A stretch of DNA of 64,000 nt from positions 4,749 through 68,748 of the forward strand of contig CAZOKN010000004.1 of assembly GCA_964580525.1 (NCBI GenBank), given 5' to 3'. How positions within the stretch are numbered: position 1 is the first letter of the stretch; every line of letters starts with the position of its first letter. Origin of the DNA: an uncultured Rickettsiaceae bacterium. GTDB taxonomy: Bacteria > Pseudomonadota > Alphaproteobacteria > Rickettsiales > UBA6187. A program made the position numbers and the translations under genes. Below, one piece after another: positions 1 through 9,261 of the stretch. Below the pieces are notes generated by a model, which was given only the letters and a program-made list of their open reading frames with translations, was not told the DNA's origin and searched no databases.

Positions 1-381
1 TAACATAGGAACTAAAATTATAGTGGGATTTACTTGCTTTGCGGCAGCTTTTGGTTCTTGTACCTTTGTTATTTTATTTGGTACCAATTCTTCACCCTGT
101 TGCCACTCGCGGAAAATTAGAGGCATATTACTGCCTGTAACTACGGGTAGGGAAGTAGTGATTTTTTTCTTTTTTAGCTGGTCAAAAAGATAAATAGGGC
201 TCATTTCATCGTTAATGGGATAATAGCCACTTATTATATCTGTTTTTGTAAGGGTTATATTTTCGAAAAAAATATTAGAAATTTTCTCTGATGCAGCCTT
301 AGCCTCGTTTTCACTGATTAGTGAGCGTATGTCTTTAAACTGCTCTCTTAAAAACTCCTTCTCCTGAGAAGCGCCTTGCAA
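1..381 (-). CDS. 5-formyltetrahydrofolate cyclo-ligase (MTHFS/YgfA family); the 3' part runs off the window
   Basis: Own translation of the minus strand from TTG at 381 gives LQGASQEKEFLREQFKDIRSL..SGYYPINDEMSP..TSLPVV..LIFREW..EPKAA..PTIILVPML, open through position 1. The layout matches the N-terminal two thirds of MTHFS. It is absent from the ORF track because it leaves the window. The start codon is uncertain. Confidence 0.6.
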   Translation of the reverse strand, partial: MQGASQEKEFLREQFKDIRSLISENEAKAASEKISNIFFENITLTKTDIISGYYPINDEMSPIYLFDQLKKKKITTSLPVVTGSNMPLIFREWQQGEELVPNKITKVQEPKAAAKQVNPTIILVPML

Positions 382-404
382 GATATTACCTATAAAATTA
401 TTGA

Positions 405-580
405 AAAAACAGGATGGAACCACCGGGCCGTCGAGCAAGCTAGTCCGCCTAGAGACCAGTTCGTACAAGTGGGCACCATATAGCTGAACCAGGGTTCAGC
501 TAGAGACGGCTCCCAATAAAATCAGTATCGCCCCTGGGGAAATGTGTCTAACAAACCAAGCAGCACTCCATCCATGGGCG
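405..580 (-). ncRNA. ssrS: 6S RNA (ssrS) candidate
   Basis: GC-rich, non-coding island between the zapA stop (586) and the MTHFS start (381). It sits in the same position as E. coli zapA-ssrS-ygfA. A perfect 8-bp hairpin agctgaac/gttcagct lies at 482-501. Distal arms pair: ggatgga 412-418 with tccatcc 567-573, and ccaccggg 420-427 with cccctgggg 531-539 (with bulges). This gives a long rod with an internal bubble. The ends are approximate. Confidence 0.55.
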
Positions 581-585
581 GCATA

Positions 586-963
586 CTACCTTTTTTCGAG
601 GCTGTTTGCAAGTGTTTCTATTTGTTCTGCAATAGGTTGTATCAGCTCAAGAAGGGCCTTATTTACCCTCTCTTCTATCTCTTCTTCGGAGATAGATGGA
701 GTTTGCGGTTGTGTTACCTGAAGCTGGTGTTGATGGTGGCTATCTAAAGAGTTTTTTGACTCTTTAAGTGACCTGATTTCTTCTTCCATCATCAATGCAG
801 AAATTGCCATAACTAAAGAATCGCTGGCAGATAAGAAATTTTTAGAAACACCTTCAACACGGTTGTTCAACTGGATAGCAAGCTCTCGTATCTTGTCTTC
901 TTGGCCGGCTTCGCAAACAATGTTATAACTTTTATTCTTTATGAGAAATTCTACTGTAGGCAT
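586..963 (-). CDS. zapA: cell division protein ZapA
   Basis: 125 aa. The N-terminus VEFLIKNKSYNIVCEAGQEDKIRELA..LN is typical of ZapA. The partner coiled-coil gene lies upstream and 6S RNA downstream. Confidence 0.75.
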   Translation of the reverse strand: MPTVEFLIKNKSYNIVCEAGQEDKIRELAIQLNNRVEGVSKNFLSASDSLVMAISALMMEEEIRSLKESKNSLDSHHQHQLQVTQPQTPSISEEEIEERVNKALLELIQPIAEQIETLANSLEKR

Positions 964-964
964 A

Positions 965-1171
965 TTAGCTATTATTCTTTATTAGGGTTGCAAGGTTGGC
1001 TATGTAGTCGTCCAGGTCTGTTATTATCTGGGTTTTTACATTCTGTTCATTCTCATAGCGGCTGTTTCTGTCGCTTATAACCTTTTCCAGTTTTTTTAAG
1101 GAATTGGAGAGATGTTGTTTGGCTTTCTCAAGTTGTTCGTTAGAGCGGGTAGTAGTTGTAGGATTTTGCAT
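965..1171 (-). CDS. small coiled-coil protein, DUF4164-like (usual ZapA partner gene in alphaproteobacteria)
   Basis: 68 aa, heptad-rich. It ends 1 nt before the zapA start. The family call is from position and composition only. Confidence 0.5.
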   Translation of the reverse strand: MQNPTTTTRSNEQLEKAKQHLSNSLKKLEKVISDRNSRYENEQNVKTQIITDLDDYIANLATLIKNNS

Positions 1172-1286
1172 GGATTAACTCTTTAATGTTTGAAGTTAAC
1201 TATAATAAATAATATATTTATACTATAACTATATTATCTTAATTTCTAAATCAAATCTTTAGTTGAAAAAGTGGATATTTTTTAAA

Positions 1287-1763
1287 ATGGCAGGCATAAC
1301 ATACTATTTATCACCTATAGGTATATTTAAAATTAAATCAAGCAATCTTGGGGTGACGAACGTACATTTTTCTGGGGATAGAATTTCCGGAGAGGAAGAA
1401 ATTTTTTGTCATCATGTTGAGATGGCTAAGCAACAAATGGAAGAATTTTTTAATGGCAAAAGAACTACGTTTACTGTGCCATTAGACCTTTCGGGAAGTA
1501 ATTTTCAGTTAGCAATATGGCAGGAAATTAAAAAAATTATGCCCGGTAAAACAGATAGTTATAAAAATCTTGCCGATTATGCCGGAAGTCCAAGGGCTGC
1601 AAGGGCGGTTGGCATGGCGTGTAATAAAAATCCTGTACCCATAATAATCCCCTGTCACCGCGTTGTAGGCTCAGATGGAGCTATGCGTGGTTTTGCTTTT
1701 GGATTGGACAAAAAAGAATGGTTGTTGCAATTCGAAAATAGTATATATAAACAACCTGTGTAA
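1287..1763 (+). CDS. ogt: methylated-DNA--protein-cysteine methyltransferase (Ogt/MGMT)
   Basis: Active-site motif IIIPCHRVVGSDG. The ORF track starts at TTG 1263; the ATG at 1287 is more likely. Confidence 0.85.
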   Translation: MAGITYYLSPIGIFKIKSSNLGVTNVHFSGDRISGEEEIFCHHVEMAKQQMEEFFNGKRTTFTVPLDLSGSNFQLAIWQEIKKIMPGKTDSYKNLADYAGSPRAARAVGMACNKNPVPIIIPCHRVVGSDGAMRGFAFGLDKKEWLLQFENSIYKQPV

Positions 1764-1795
1764 TCTCCATTTATTATATTTTTTAGGAAATACCA

Positions 1796-3058
1796 ATGAA
1801 AGTTCTGGTTCTTGGAGCTGGTGTTATAGGCGTTACTACCGCGTATTACCTTAACAAAAAAGGCTACGATGTTACTGTTGTAGACAGAAATTCGCAGAGC
1901 GCTGCCGAGTGCAGTTTTGCTAATGGTGGGCAGCTTAGCTATGCACACGTTGAGCCGTGGGCGAGTCCTTCTGTGCTGACAAAAATACCTAAATGGCTAA
2001 TAAAAGAAAATTCGCCTTTGGTTTTTAGACTCAGACTTGATCCTGCAATGTGGGCTTGGGCGTTGAAATTTTTATCGTGCTGCAATGAAACGCAAGCGTT
2101 GGAGAGTGCGGGCAATATGATGAGGCTTTCGCTTTTCAGCAAAGAAAGCTTTAAGGAATTGATGGAAGATACAAAAATATCATTTCATCATTTAAATCGT
2201 GGAATATTACATACATTCAGATGCAGAAAAACTTTTGATGCCAATATAGAGCAAGCTGATTTTCAGAAAAAACTTGGTTGCAGGTTTGAAATATTGGATA
2301 GCAGAGAAAAATGTGAAGCTTTGGAACCTGCAATAAAAAGCAGTCCTGAGGGAATTATTGGTGGTATATATTTTCCTGATGATGAAAGTGGTGACGTTAA
2401 TGAATTTACTGTTAACCTTACGAAAGTTTTGCAAAGTCGAGGAGTTAAGTTTGAATATAATACTAATATTCAGGATTTTAATTTTGAGGGCTATAAAATT
2501 AAAGGTGTGATTACTGATAAAGGTGTGTTGCAAGCTGATAAATATGTTGTTTCAACGGGTGCTTATAGTTCTGTGTTGTTGAAGAAAATAGGCATTAATG
2601 TACCTATTTATCCTATGAAGGGATATAGTATATCTATAAAAATCAAAGATGAATCTAAGGCACCAAAGGTTGGTATTACTGATCAGGGTAATAAAATAGT
2701 GTTCAGCAGATTAGGAGATATTATAAGAGTTGCCGGAACGGCTGAATTTGCCGGGTATGATGATTCTGTTAAAACTAACAGGATTAAAACGTTGAAGGCA
2801 ATGGTTAGAGAAAATTTCCCTGAATGCGGTGATATAGATAATGCTGGTGAATGGGCGTGCTTGCGTCCTTCTACTCCAGATGGTTCGCCGATTATAGGAG
2901 AAACAAAATATAATAATTTATTCCTGAATACTGGTCACGGTACTTTGGGGTGGACTCTTTCTTGTGGTAGCGCTAAGGCGATAGCCAATATTGTGCACGG
3001 GGAAGAGCCTGATGTTAACTTAAAAGGATTAAATTTGGAAAGATATTATGACATTTAA
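1796..3058 (+). CDS. dadA: D-amino-acid dehydrogenase-type FAD oxidoreductase
   Basis: N-terminal FAD fold MKVLVLGAGVIGVTTAYYL. The C-terminal NTGHGTLGWTLSCGSAKAIANIV closely resembles DadA. Confidence 0.8.
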   Translation: MKVLVLGAGVIGVTTAYYLNKKGYDVTVVDRNSQSAAECSFANGGQLSYAHVEPWASPSVLTKIPKWLIKENSPLVFRLRLDPAMWAWALKFLSCCNETQALESAGNMMRLSLFSKESFKELMEDTKISFHHLNRGILHTFRCRKTFDANIEQADFQKKLGCRFEILDSREKCEALEPAIKSSPEGIIGGIYFPDDESGDVNEFTVNLTKVLQSRGVKFEYNTNIQDFNFEGYKIKGVITDKGVLQADKYVVSTGAYSSVLLKKIGINVPIYPMKGYSISIKIKDESKAPKVGITDQGNKIVFSRLGDIIRVAGTAEFAGYDDSVKTNRIKTLKAMVRENFPECGDIDNAGEWACLRPSTPDGSPIIGETKYNNLFLNTGHGTLGWTLSCGSAKAIANIVHGEEPDVNLKGLNLERYYDI

Positions 3059-3950
3059 AACTCACTTTATTGAATTGCCTGAAGGAAAAGAAAAAACTCG
3101 CAAAATTTCTTATACAGAATGGGGTGATTCAGGAAATAATAATGTTTTATTCTGTGTGCATGGTTTGTCGCGCAATGCTCGTGATTTTGATTATATAGCT
3201 GAAGCATTATCAAGTAATTACAGAGTTGTTTGTATGGATGTTGCTGGTCGTGGAGAAAGCGATTGGTTGGAGAATAAATCTAAATATAACTATCAGACTT
3301 ATATTTCTGATGTTTATGCATTGCTTGATAGTTTGCAGATAGATAGAGTTGATTGGTTGGGAACATCTATGGGCGGTATCATTGGTATGATAATCGCAAG
3401 TAAAAGGCCTGAGATTATTAATAGACTTATTCTAAATGATGTTGGTGCTTTTATTCCTGGCGTGGCGCTTGATAGGATTATGGGATATGTAGGAGTTGTT
3501 CCGCTCTTCAGTAGCCGTAATGAAGCTTCGCAAACATTGAGACACAGAATGGCAACTTTTGGTGTAAAAGATGATTCGCACTGGCAGCATATTTTCAAGC
3601 ATAGTATTAAAAAGCGTAAGGACGGCAAATATAGCTTTGTTTACGATCCTAAGATTGCGCAAAAGCCTGGCTTGTTGAGCAGAGTTTTCTTTAATTTGAA
3701 AAATCCTAACAATTTGTTCAAGATGCCTAACATAGATTTATGGTCAGTGTGGGAAAAAATACAAGCGCCTGTGTTTGTTATTAGAGGTGAATTTTCAGAT
3801 ATTTTGACTAAAGATATTTTAATAAAAATGAAAGAGAGCAAGCCAGAGCTTGAGTATGCTGAAATTTCAGCTGTCGGCCATGCTCCAACTTTGATGGATA
3901 GTAAGCAGATAGAAACAGTAAGAAACTGGCTTGTTAAGGATGCTGCGTAG
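3048..3950 (+). CDS. alpha/beta hydrolase
   Basis: 300 aa. HGLSRNARDF oxyanion region and nucleophile elbow GTSMGG. Overlaps the dadA stop by 11 nt. Confidence 0.75.
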   Translation: MTFKTHFIELPEGKEKTRKISYTEWGDSGNNNVLFCVHGLSRNARDFDYIAEALSSNYRVVCMDVAGRGESDWLENKSKYNYQTYISDVYALLDSLQIDRVDWLGTSMGGIIGMIIASKRPEIINRLILNDVGAFIPGVALDRIMGYVGVVPLFSSRNEASQTLRHRMATFGVKDDSHWQHIFKHSIKKRKDGKYSFVYDPKIAQKPGLLSRVFFNLKNPNNLFKMPNIDLWSVWEKIQAPVFVIRGEFSDILTKDILIKMKESKPELEYAEISAVGHAPTLMDSKQIETVRNWLVKDAA

Positions 3951-3997
3951 TCTGTTAAAGTTTAAAATCTCTCTTAATTAAAAATACTGATTTTTCT

Positions 3998-4027
3998 AAA
4001 AACTCTATCTTCGGATAGAGTTTTTTT
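3998..4027 (+). terminator. rho-independent terminator
   Basis: aactctatc-ttcg-gatagagtt (9-bp stem, 4001-4022) followed by a T-run. Confidence 0.7.
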
Positions 4028-4271
4028 GCATTGATTTGCAATTATGAATGCGATAATATCGCTCTGTACTACACTAAAGGTTGCATTCTTGTAGTGTTTA
4101 TCCAGCCAAATCATGATGCTTGTTATGGGGAAAAATTATCGATGGAAATGATTCTTGCCGGAATTGGAAAAGATGAAGCCAGACAAAACGGTGCTATTGA
4201 TATTGAAGTTTCTTCGGATAGAATTGCAAAAGATAGAGTTAAATCTTTAGTTAGATAAATATAGGTTTGAA

Positions 4272-5813
4272 ATGAAAAATCAAAACGTTATCGAAGAAAA
4301 TACAAAACGCGTAAGATTGAAAGATCTGCTTAATGAGGGTATTCAGAAATCAGATATAAAAGAGGAAGACGTTATTGAAGATAAGCCTATTATTTCTGGA
4401 ATTAAGACGCCTGATATAGAAGAAATAAAAGAGCATGTTGCTAATCAGGATAATGAATTTGATAGTTCTGAAACATTAGAATTATCTGAGCTTGCTCCAC
4501 CAGAGGAAAAGAATATTGATGATTTTATCCATCATAATATTCCGGTTATGCAGAGTCAGCATAAAGAAGAAATAGAGCCTTTGATTGAAGAATTTATTGT
4601 AGAAAATAAGAAGCCTGAACCTGTTTATCAGATTTCGGGTAGCTTAAGTGTATCAGGAAAAACCGGCAAGATAACAGTTGAAAAAATCGATGACGAAATG
4701 ATGCAGAAAGTTATCGAGAAAAAAGATCCTATCAAACCCAAGCTGCAAATAGATGATTTTGTTTTGCCTAAAAATGTTGGCTTTCAAAGGCCTCAAGATA
4801 TTTTAAGAGAGTGGGTTAGTTTTGCTAATTTAGAAATTGGTACATTGGCGGCTATAAGCAAGGAGCTTAAGGATGTTTCGGGTTCCATGGAAAGAGGAAC
4901 GCAAGGCATAAATGATAAATTTAAAAATCTAGCCGACAGCGCTATTTTGCAGAGTTCTATCGCTTCACAAATGGCTGAAACCTTAAAATATCTTGATGTG
5001 GGCGGAGAAAAAATAACAGTAACTGATGCTATGAAGGTTATAAACAAAGCAATAGATGATTCTACTGATAAAATTTTGTTTGTGTCTAAAAAAGCTATGT
5101 CGATGGTTTATGCTTTAGAAGAAGCGCAAAATAATTTGGCAACTATTGAATCTTTCATTGGTCGCATACACAAAATTACCAAGCAGACAAATTTACTTTC
5201 TCTGAATGCCACTATAGAAGCAGCAAGGGCAGGGGAGGCAGGTAAAGGTTTTGAAGTTGTCGCAGATGAGGTGCGAGTTCTTTCAAAAGAAATATCAGAA
5301 CTTTCTGACGAAATGAGCAGCAGGATAGGAAAGGTGGTTGTGGGTGTTGGTAACAGCTATTCTACTTTGAGTGAGGTTTCTACTGTTGATATGTCAGAAA
5401 ATATTCTGGTTAAAGAAAAAATTTCACTGATTATGGAAAGTATAATGTCGCAGAGCCAAGAAATGGCTAGGGTAATGCATGAAAATGCTGAGTCGTCAAA
5501 AGAATCTTCAAAAGCTATTTCTGGACTGAAATTAGAAATGCAGTTTTCTGACAAGGCGGCTCAATATCTGGATAATACCTTAAATGTGATCGGAGTTATA
5601 AAAGATCATTTGGAAAAAAATAACACGGCAGCTCGGAAGAGTTTAGGAGTTGAAGTGCCAAAATCAGATATTGAAAAAGCAATAATCAACCAGATAGTCA
5701 GTAAGCTTAGTCTTGGCCAATTTAAACAGGATTTTATAAATTCTCTTGTTGAAAATGGTTATATTAAAGATGGTACGGAATTTGGTTTAGATGTTGTCGC
5801 TGCTGAAAAATAA
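4272..5813 (+). CDS. soluble methyl-accepting chemotaxis protein-like signalling protein with an acidic N-terminal region
   Basis: 513 aa. Canonical MCP hairpin-tip motif [37 protein letters not shown]. No hydrophobic TM segment is visible. The first ~190 aa are E/D/K/I-rich low complexity. Confidence 0.8.
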   Translation: MKNQNVIEENTKRVRLKDLLNEGIQKSDIKEEDVIEDKPIISGIKTPDIEEIKEHVANQDNEFDSSETLELSELAPPEEKNIDDFIHHNIPVMQSQHKEEIEPLIEEFIVENKKPEPVYQISGSLSVSGKTGKITVEKIDDEMMQKVIEKKDPIKPKLQIDDFVLPKNVGFQRPQDILREWVSFANLEIGTLAAISKELKDVSGSMERGTQGINDKFKNLADSAILQSSIASQMAETLKYLDVGGEKITVTDAMKVINKAIDDSTDKILFVSKKAMSMVYALEEAQNNLATIESFIGRIHKITKQTNLLSLNATIEAARAGEAGKGFEVVADEVRVLSKEISELSDEMSSRIGKVVVGVGNSYSTLSEVSTVDMSENILVKEKISLIMESIMSQSQEMARVMHENAESSKESSKAISGLKLEMQFSDKAAQYLDNTLNVIGVIKDHLEKNNTAARKSLGVEVPKSDIEKAIINQIVSKLSLGQFKQDFINSLVENGYIKDGTEFGLDVVAAEK

Positions 5814-5844
5814 AGTGACGTAGAATTTTTTAGGGGAGCTAATT

Positions 5845-6150
5845 ATGAATTATACTAAAAATTTGGAATCTGGTATTTGCAGAGTCAGTATGAAAGGTAA
5901 GTTTACCTTTAGTGATCATCAATCGTACAAAGAGCTATTTGATGTATTTAGTGATGCCAAGATTGAAAAATTGGAAATAAATATTTCTGAGGTAGATTTT
6001 ATTGATTCAGCTGCTCTTGGTCTACTTTTGTTGACAAGGGACGAGGCGGAAAAATATAGTAAAAAATTAGTTTTGGTCTCGCCACAAGGGCAGGTTAAAA
6101 AAATGTTTGATATATCAAGATTCTACGAGCTTTTTGAGATCAAAGGTTAG
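5845..6150 (+). CDS. STAS-domain protein (anti-sigma-factor-antagonist fold)
   Basis: 101 aa. EVDFIDSAALGLLLL motif. Lies 31 nt downstream of the MCP-like gene. Confidence 0.75.
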   Translation: MNYTKNLESGICRVSMKGKFTFSDHQSYKELFDVFSDAKIEKLEINISEVDFIDSAALGLLLLTRDEAEKYSKKLVLVSPQGQVKKMFDISRFYELFEIKG

Positions 6151-6647
6151 TTCTTGTTTGCACATTCTATGACTGTAACGTCGTAAACGGCATGTTCGAG
6201 AGCTGATATTGAAGGGCTGGAAGAGAACATCCAACCATGGAATATTTCTTTGCGCTCTTCTCCAGGAACTTGTTCCCATATTCTAAGCAGAGCTTTGTTT
6301 TCAGGATCTTCATCAGATGGTGCCTTCCAGCATGCGAGTAGTGATATTTCCAGATTACCGAATTTTACGATTTCATTTTTTTTCACATCTATTGTGGAAA
6401 CTTTTGTAGTTATTTTGTTCAATCCTTGCAATGTTACTGAGTTTTTATAGCTGTCTTCAGGTTTTTCTTCTACATAAGGTGTAGCTGCAGGTGTAGTATT
6501 TGTGGTTTTCTCATCAGCAGGAGGTGGGGTTATAGTCTGATCCGCATCATCCGCTTCTGGTTCGTCAGATTCCTGCGCAAAGCTTATGTTTGCAAAAACT
6601 AATGTAGAAAGTGTAATTAACAGAATTAATCTGGCTAGAAGCTTCAT
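6147..6647 (-). CDS. DUF2155 domain-containing exported protein
   Basis: Signal peptide, then LQGLNKITTKVSTIDV..FGNLEISLLACWK..FHGWMFSSSPSISALEHAVYDVTVIEC, the family signature. Confidence 0.75.
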   Translation of the reverse strand: MKLLARLILLITLSTLVFANISFAQESDEPEADDADQTITPPPADEKTTNTTPAATPYVEEKPEDSYKNSVTLQGLNKITTKVSTIDVKKNEIVKFGNLEISLLACWKAPSDEDPENKALLRIWEQVPGEERKEIFHGWMFSSSPSISALEHAVYDVTVIECANKN

Positions 6648-6649
6648 AT

Positions 6650-7141
6650 CTATAGATCATCAGCTTTTTTTTCCGAAGATGCGCCGTCTTTATCTTTGCC
6701 AACGCTGCCGAAAGCGAATTTGCCAATCAGTTCTTCAATGCTTATGGAATCTTGTGTGAATTTAACTTGTCCGCCGTTACCTAGAAAACTTTCATCTGCA
6801 CCCGGCTCAATTGCAACATATTTTCCGCCCATCAAGCCATCGCCAACAATTGCAGCAGAGCTATCAGTTGGCAATTTTATATCATTCCTAACAGATAGTT
6901 CAAGAATTGCCATATAGCTTTTTGGATCAAGAGACTGAGCTGAAACAGTTCCAACTTTTATGCCGCCTACACGTACATCACTGCCTACAGCAAGGCTGCC
7001 GATTTGACGGAATTTTGCAGTAACTTTATAACCATCAGGAGATGTATTGATATTTCCGCTTCTATAAGAAATTAGTAGGAAAACCGCTGCTACAAGCAAA
7101 ACTACGGCACCCATTAAAGTTTCAACAACGTTGCGGCCCAT
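6650..7141 (-). CDS. mlaD: outer-membrane lipid asymmetry protein MlaD (MCE domain)
   Basis: 163 aa. N-terminal anchor ETLMGAVVLLVAAVFLLISY followed by an MCE-like core. Confidence 0.75.
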   Translation of the reverse strand: MGRNVVETLMGAVVLLVAAVFLLISYRSGNINTSPDGYKVTAKFRQIGSLAVGSDVRVGGIKVGTVSAQSLDPKSYMAILELSVRNDIKLPTDSSAAIVGDGLMGGKYVAIEPGADESFLGNGGQVKFTQDSISIEELIGKFAFGSVGKDKDGASSEKKADDL

Positions 7142-7191
7142 AAAAACTCCTGATTAATTCAAAAAGAAATATAACAGCTATTGTTGTAACT

Positions 7192-7542
7192 TCAAGCGTT
7201 TGGATTCCAGGCTTCATAATCTCCAGTAGCTTTACTGCGTACACCACCACCTTTCTTGTGTCCAGGCGGGAAGTAGGCAGAAGAAGTTCCGGTTAGGTTT
7301 GGGGTTGGAGATTTTTGCCACTTATAACGGTCGTCAGGAACATTATCCGTAGTATAATGTAGCCAGCCATGCCATTGTGGCGGAACCGTCGAAGGTTCCG
7401 CTTTACCATTATAAATAACCCAACGTTTTATTTTGCCGCAGCAACTGGATTTTTTATCCTGATAATAACGATTACCAAACTCGTCGCTACCAACGAGTTT
7501 TCCCCGAAATGCCGTAAAAATTCTTGTGCCTATATTAGCCAT
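7192..7542 (-). CDS. NADH:ubiquinone oxidoreductase subunit NDUFA12-like protein
   Basis: GTRIFTAFRGKLVGSDEFGNRYY..RWVIYNG..EPSTVPPQWHGWLHYTTD is the NDUFA12 signature. Confidence 0.8.
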   Translation of the reverse strand: MANIGTRIFTAFRGKLVGSDEFGNRYYQDKKSSCCGKIKRWVIYNGKAEPSTVPPQWHGWLHYTTDNVPDDRYKWQKSPTPNLTGTSSAYFPPGHKKGGGVRSKATGDYEAWNPNA

Positions 7543-7551
7543 CTATTTTCC

Positions 7552-9135
7552 TTAAACTTGGAAACTCAACAATTTAGCATTTATTACACTAGGAAGTTTG
7601 CTGATTTTTTCAAGTAAATCTTCAGCAGGAATTTGATCAACCTCAACCAAAGCTATCGCTCCTGTGGCTTTATCGCCACGGCCAAGATGGAAATTCGCGA
7701 TATTAACTTTTGAATCGCCAAGCAATTTGCCGAGATTGCCAATCAAACCAGGCTTATCTTCATTGTTGATGTAAAGCATGTTGCTACCAAGACTGGCTTC
7801 TAGTTTAACGTTTCCAACTTCAACGATTCTTGGCTTACTGCCACCAAACAAAGTTCCGGCAACATATTGTACGCCTTTTTCAGTTGTAACAGTGATTTTA
7901 ATAAGGTTGTGGTAATCACCAGCGCGTTCGTTTTTAACTTCACTAACCTGAATACCTCTATCCTTTGCAACAACAGGAGCATTAACCATGTTAACAGATT
8001 CGATGATTGGTTTTAGCAAGCCAGTTAAAATTACAGAAGTTACAGGTTTGATGTTCAAAGCTGCAACAGAACCTTCATATTCGATTTTTACAGATTTAAT
8101 GCCGCTCTCAAGTAATTGACCTGAAAAACTGCCAAGCTGTTCACCAAGTTGAATATAAGGCTTTAATTTAGCCGCATCTTCAGATGAAACTGAAGGAATG
8201 TTTATAGCGTTGATAACTGTGCCATTATTGAGGTAAGCAGACATTTGTTCTGCAACTTGAATAGCAACATTTTCCTGAGCTTCAGAAGTTGATGCGCCAA
8301 GGTGAGGCGTACAAATAACTTCTTCCATACCAAACAGGATATTATTTTTTGCAGGCTCTTCTTCGAACACGTCAAGAGCAGCACCGGCAACATGACCGGA
8401 TTCAATAGCTTTTTTCAAATCAGCTTCAACGATCAAGCCACCGCGTGCACAGTTTATTATGCGTACGCCTTTTTTAGTTTTCTTTAAAGACTCTGCATCA
8501 ATTATGCCACGCGTAGCATCATTTAGCGGAGTGTGTAGAGAAATAAAATCAGAACGTTTGAAAAGTTCATCCAATTCAACTTTTTCTACATTGATATCTT
8601 TTGCGCGCTCACTGCTCAAATATGGGTCGAACGCAATAACTTTCATTTTTAAACCTTGTGCTCTATCGGCAACGATGGCGCCAATATTTCCGCAGCCAAT
8701 TAAACCAAGAGTTTTGTTAGCAACTTCAACACCCATGAATCTTGTTTTTTCCCATTTGCTAGCATGCGTAGAAGCACTTGCAGCCGGAATTTGGCGGGCA
8801 AGTGACATAAGCATTGCAATTGAATGTTCAGCAGTTGTGATTGAGTTTCCAAATGGTGTGTTCATCACAACAACGCCGTTAGAAGTAGAAGCCTTTTGGT
8901 CAACGTTATCAACACCAATGCCGGCACGACCAATAACTTTAAGATTTTTAGCAGATTTGATAATTTTTTCCGTAACAGTTGTAGCTGAACGTACTGCTAG
9001 ACCATCATATTCGCCGATGATTTTGCACAGATCATCTTCTGAAAGACCAGTTTTTACATCAACTTCGATTTTATTTTCTTTGAAAATTTCAGTAGCCTGT
9101 GGGCTCATTTTATCTGATATAAGTACTTTTGGCAT
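7552..9135 (-). CDS. serA: D-3-phosphoglycerate dehydrogenase
   Basis: 527 aa long form. GLIGCGNIGAIVA NAD-binding site and a C-terminal ACT region. Confidence 0.9.
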   Translation of the reverse strand: MPKVLISDKMSPQATEIFKENKIEVDVKTGLSEDDLCKIIGEYDGLAVRSATTVTEKIIKSAKNLKVIGRAGIGVDNVDQKASTSNGVVVMNTPFGNSITTAEHSIAMLMSLARQIPAASASTHASKWEKTRFMGVEVANKTLGLIGCGNIGAIVADRAQGLKMKVIAFDPYLSSERAKDINVEKVELDELFKRSDFISLHTPLNDATRGIIDAESLKKTKKGVRIINCARGGLIVEADLKKAIESGHVAGAALDVFEEEPAKNNILFGMEEVICTPHLGASTSEAQENVAIQVAEQMSAYLNNGTVINAINIPSVSSEDAAKLKPYIQLGEQLGSFSGQLLESGIKSVKIEYEGSVAALNIKPVTSVILTGLLKPIIESVNMVNAPVVAKDRGIQVSEVKNERAGDYHNLIKITVTTEKGVQYVAGTLFGGSKPRIVEVGNVKLEASLGSNMLYINNEDKPGLIGNLGKLLGDSKVNIANFHLGRGDKATGAIALVEVDQIPAEDLLEKISKLPSVINAKLLSFQV

Positions 9136-9261
9136 TTTATGTATCCTTTATTTTTTAATAACATCTCGCATTCGGCGAATTATATAGAATTCTAGAACCT
9201 AAGAAATTAGAGCTATGAAAATTTCAAAGTTATAATTTTCTTGGTTCTTACATTTAAGGTA

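Noticed and set aside
544-747. A 67-aa plus-strand ORF spanning the zapA 3' end and the intergenic region.
   Set aside because: It overlaps zapA antisense and the candidate 6S RNA. It has no motif and no ribosome-binding site.
4031-4258. A 75-aa ORF (TTG start) upstream of the MCP-like gene. An internal ATG would give a 38-aa peptide, MEMILAGIGKDEARQNG...
   Set aside because: It starts immediately after a terminator with a weak start codon. It has no recognisable family and an odd Cys/Tyr-rich N-terminus. It may be a small leader peptide or a 5' UTR, and I cannot support a call either way.
8459-9187. A 242-aa ORF on the plus strand, plus other long antisense ORFs (23925-24410, 27342-27818, 37969-38373, 32500-32898, 25744-26127).
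   Set aside because: Each lies entirely antisense to a strongly supported conserved gene (serA, metX, the EamA transporter, phosphomannomutase, murC, LysE). Their translations are low-complexity, hydrophobic or Ser/Ile/Phe-rich with no recognisable motif. These are typical shadow ORFs of AT-rich coding DNA.
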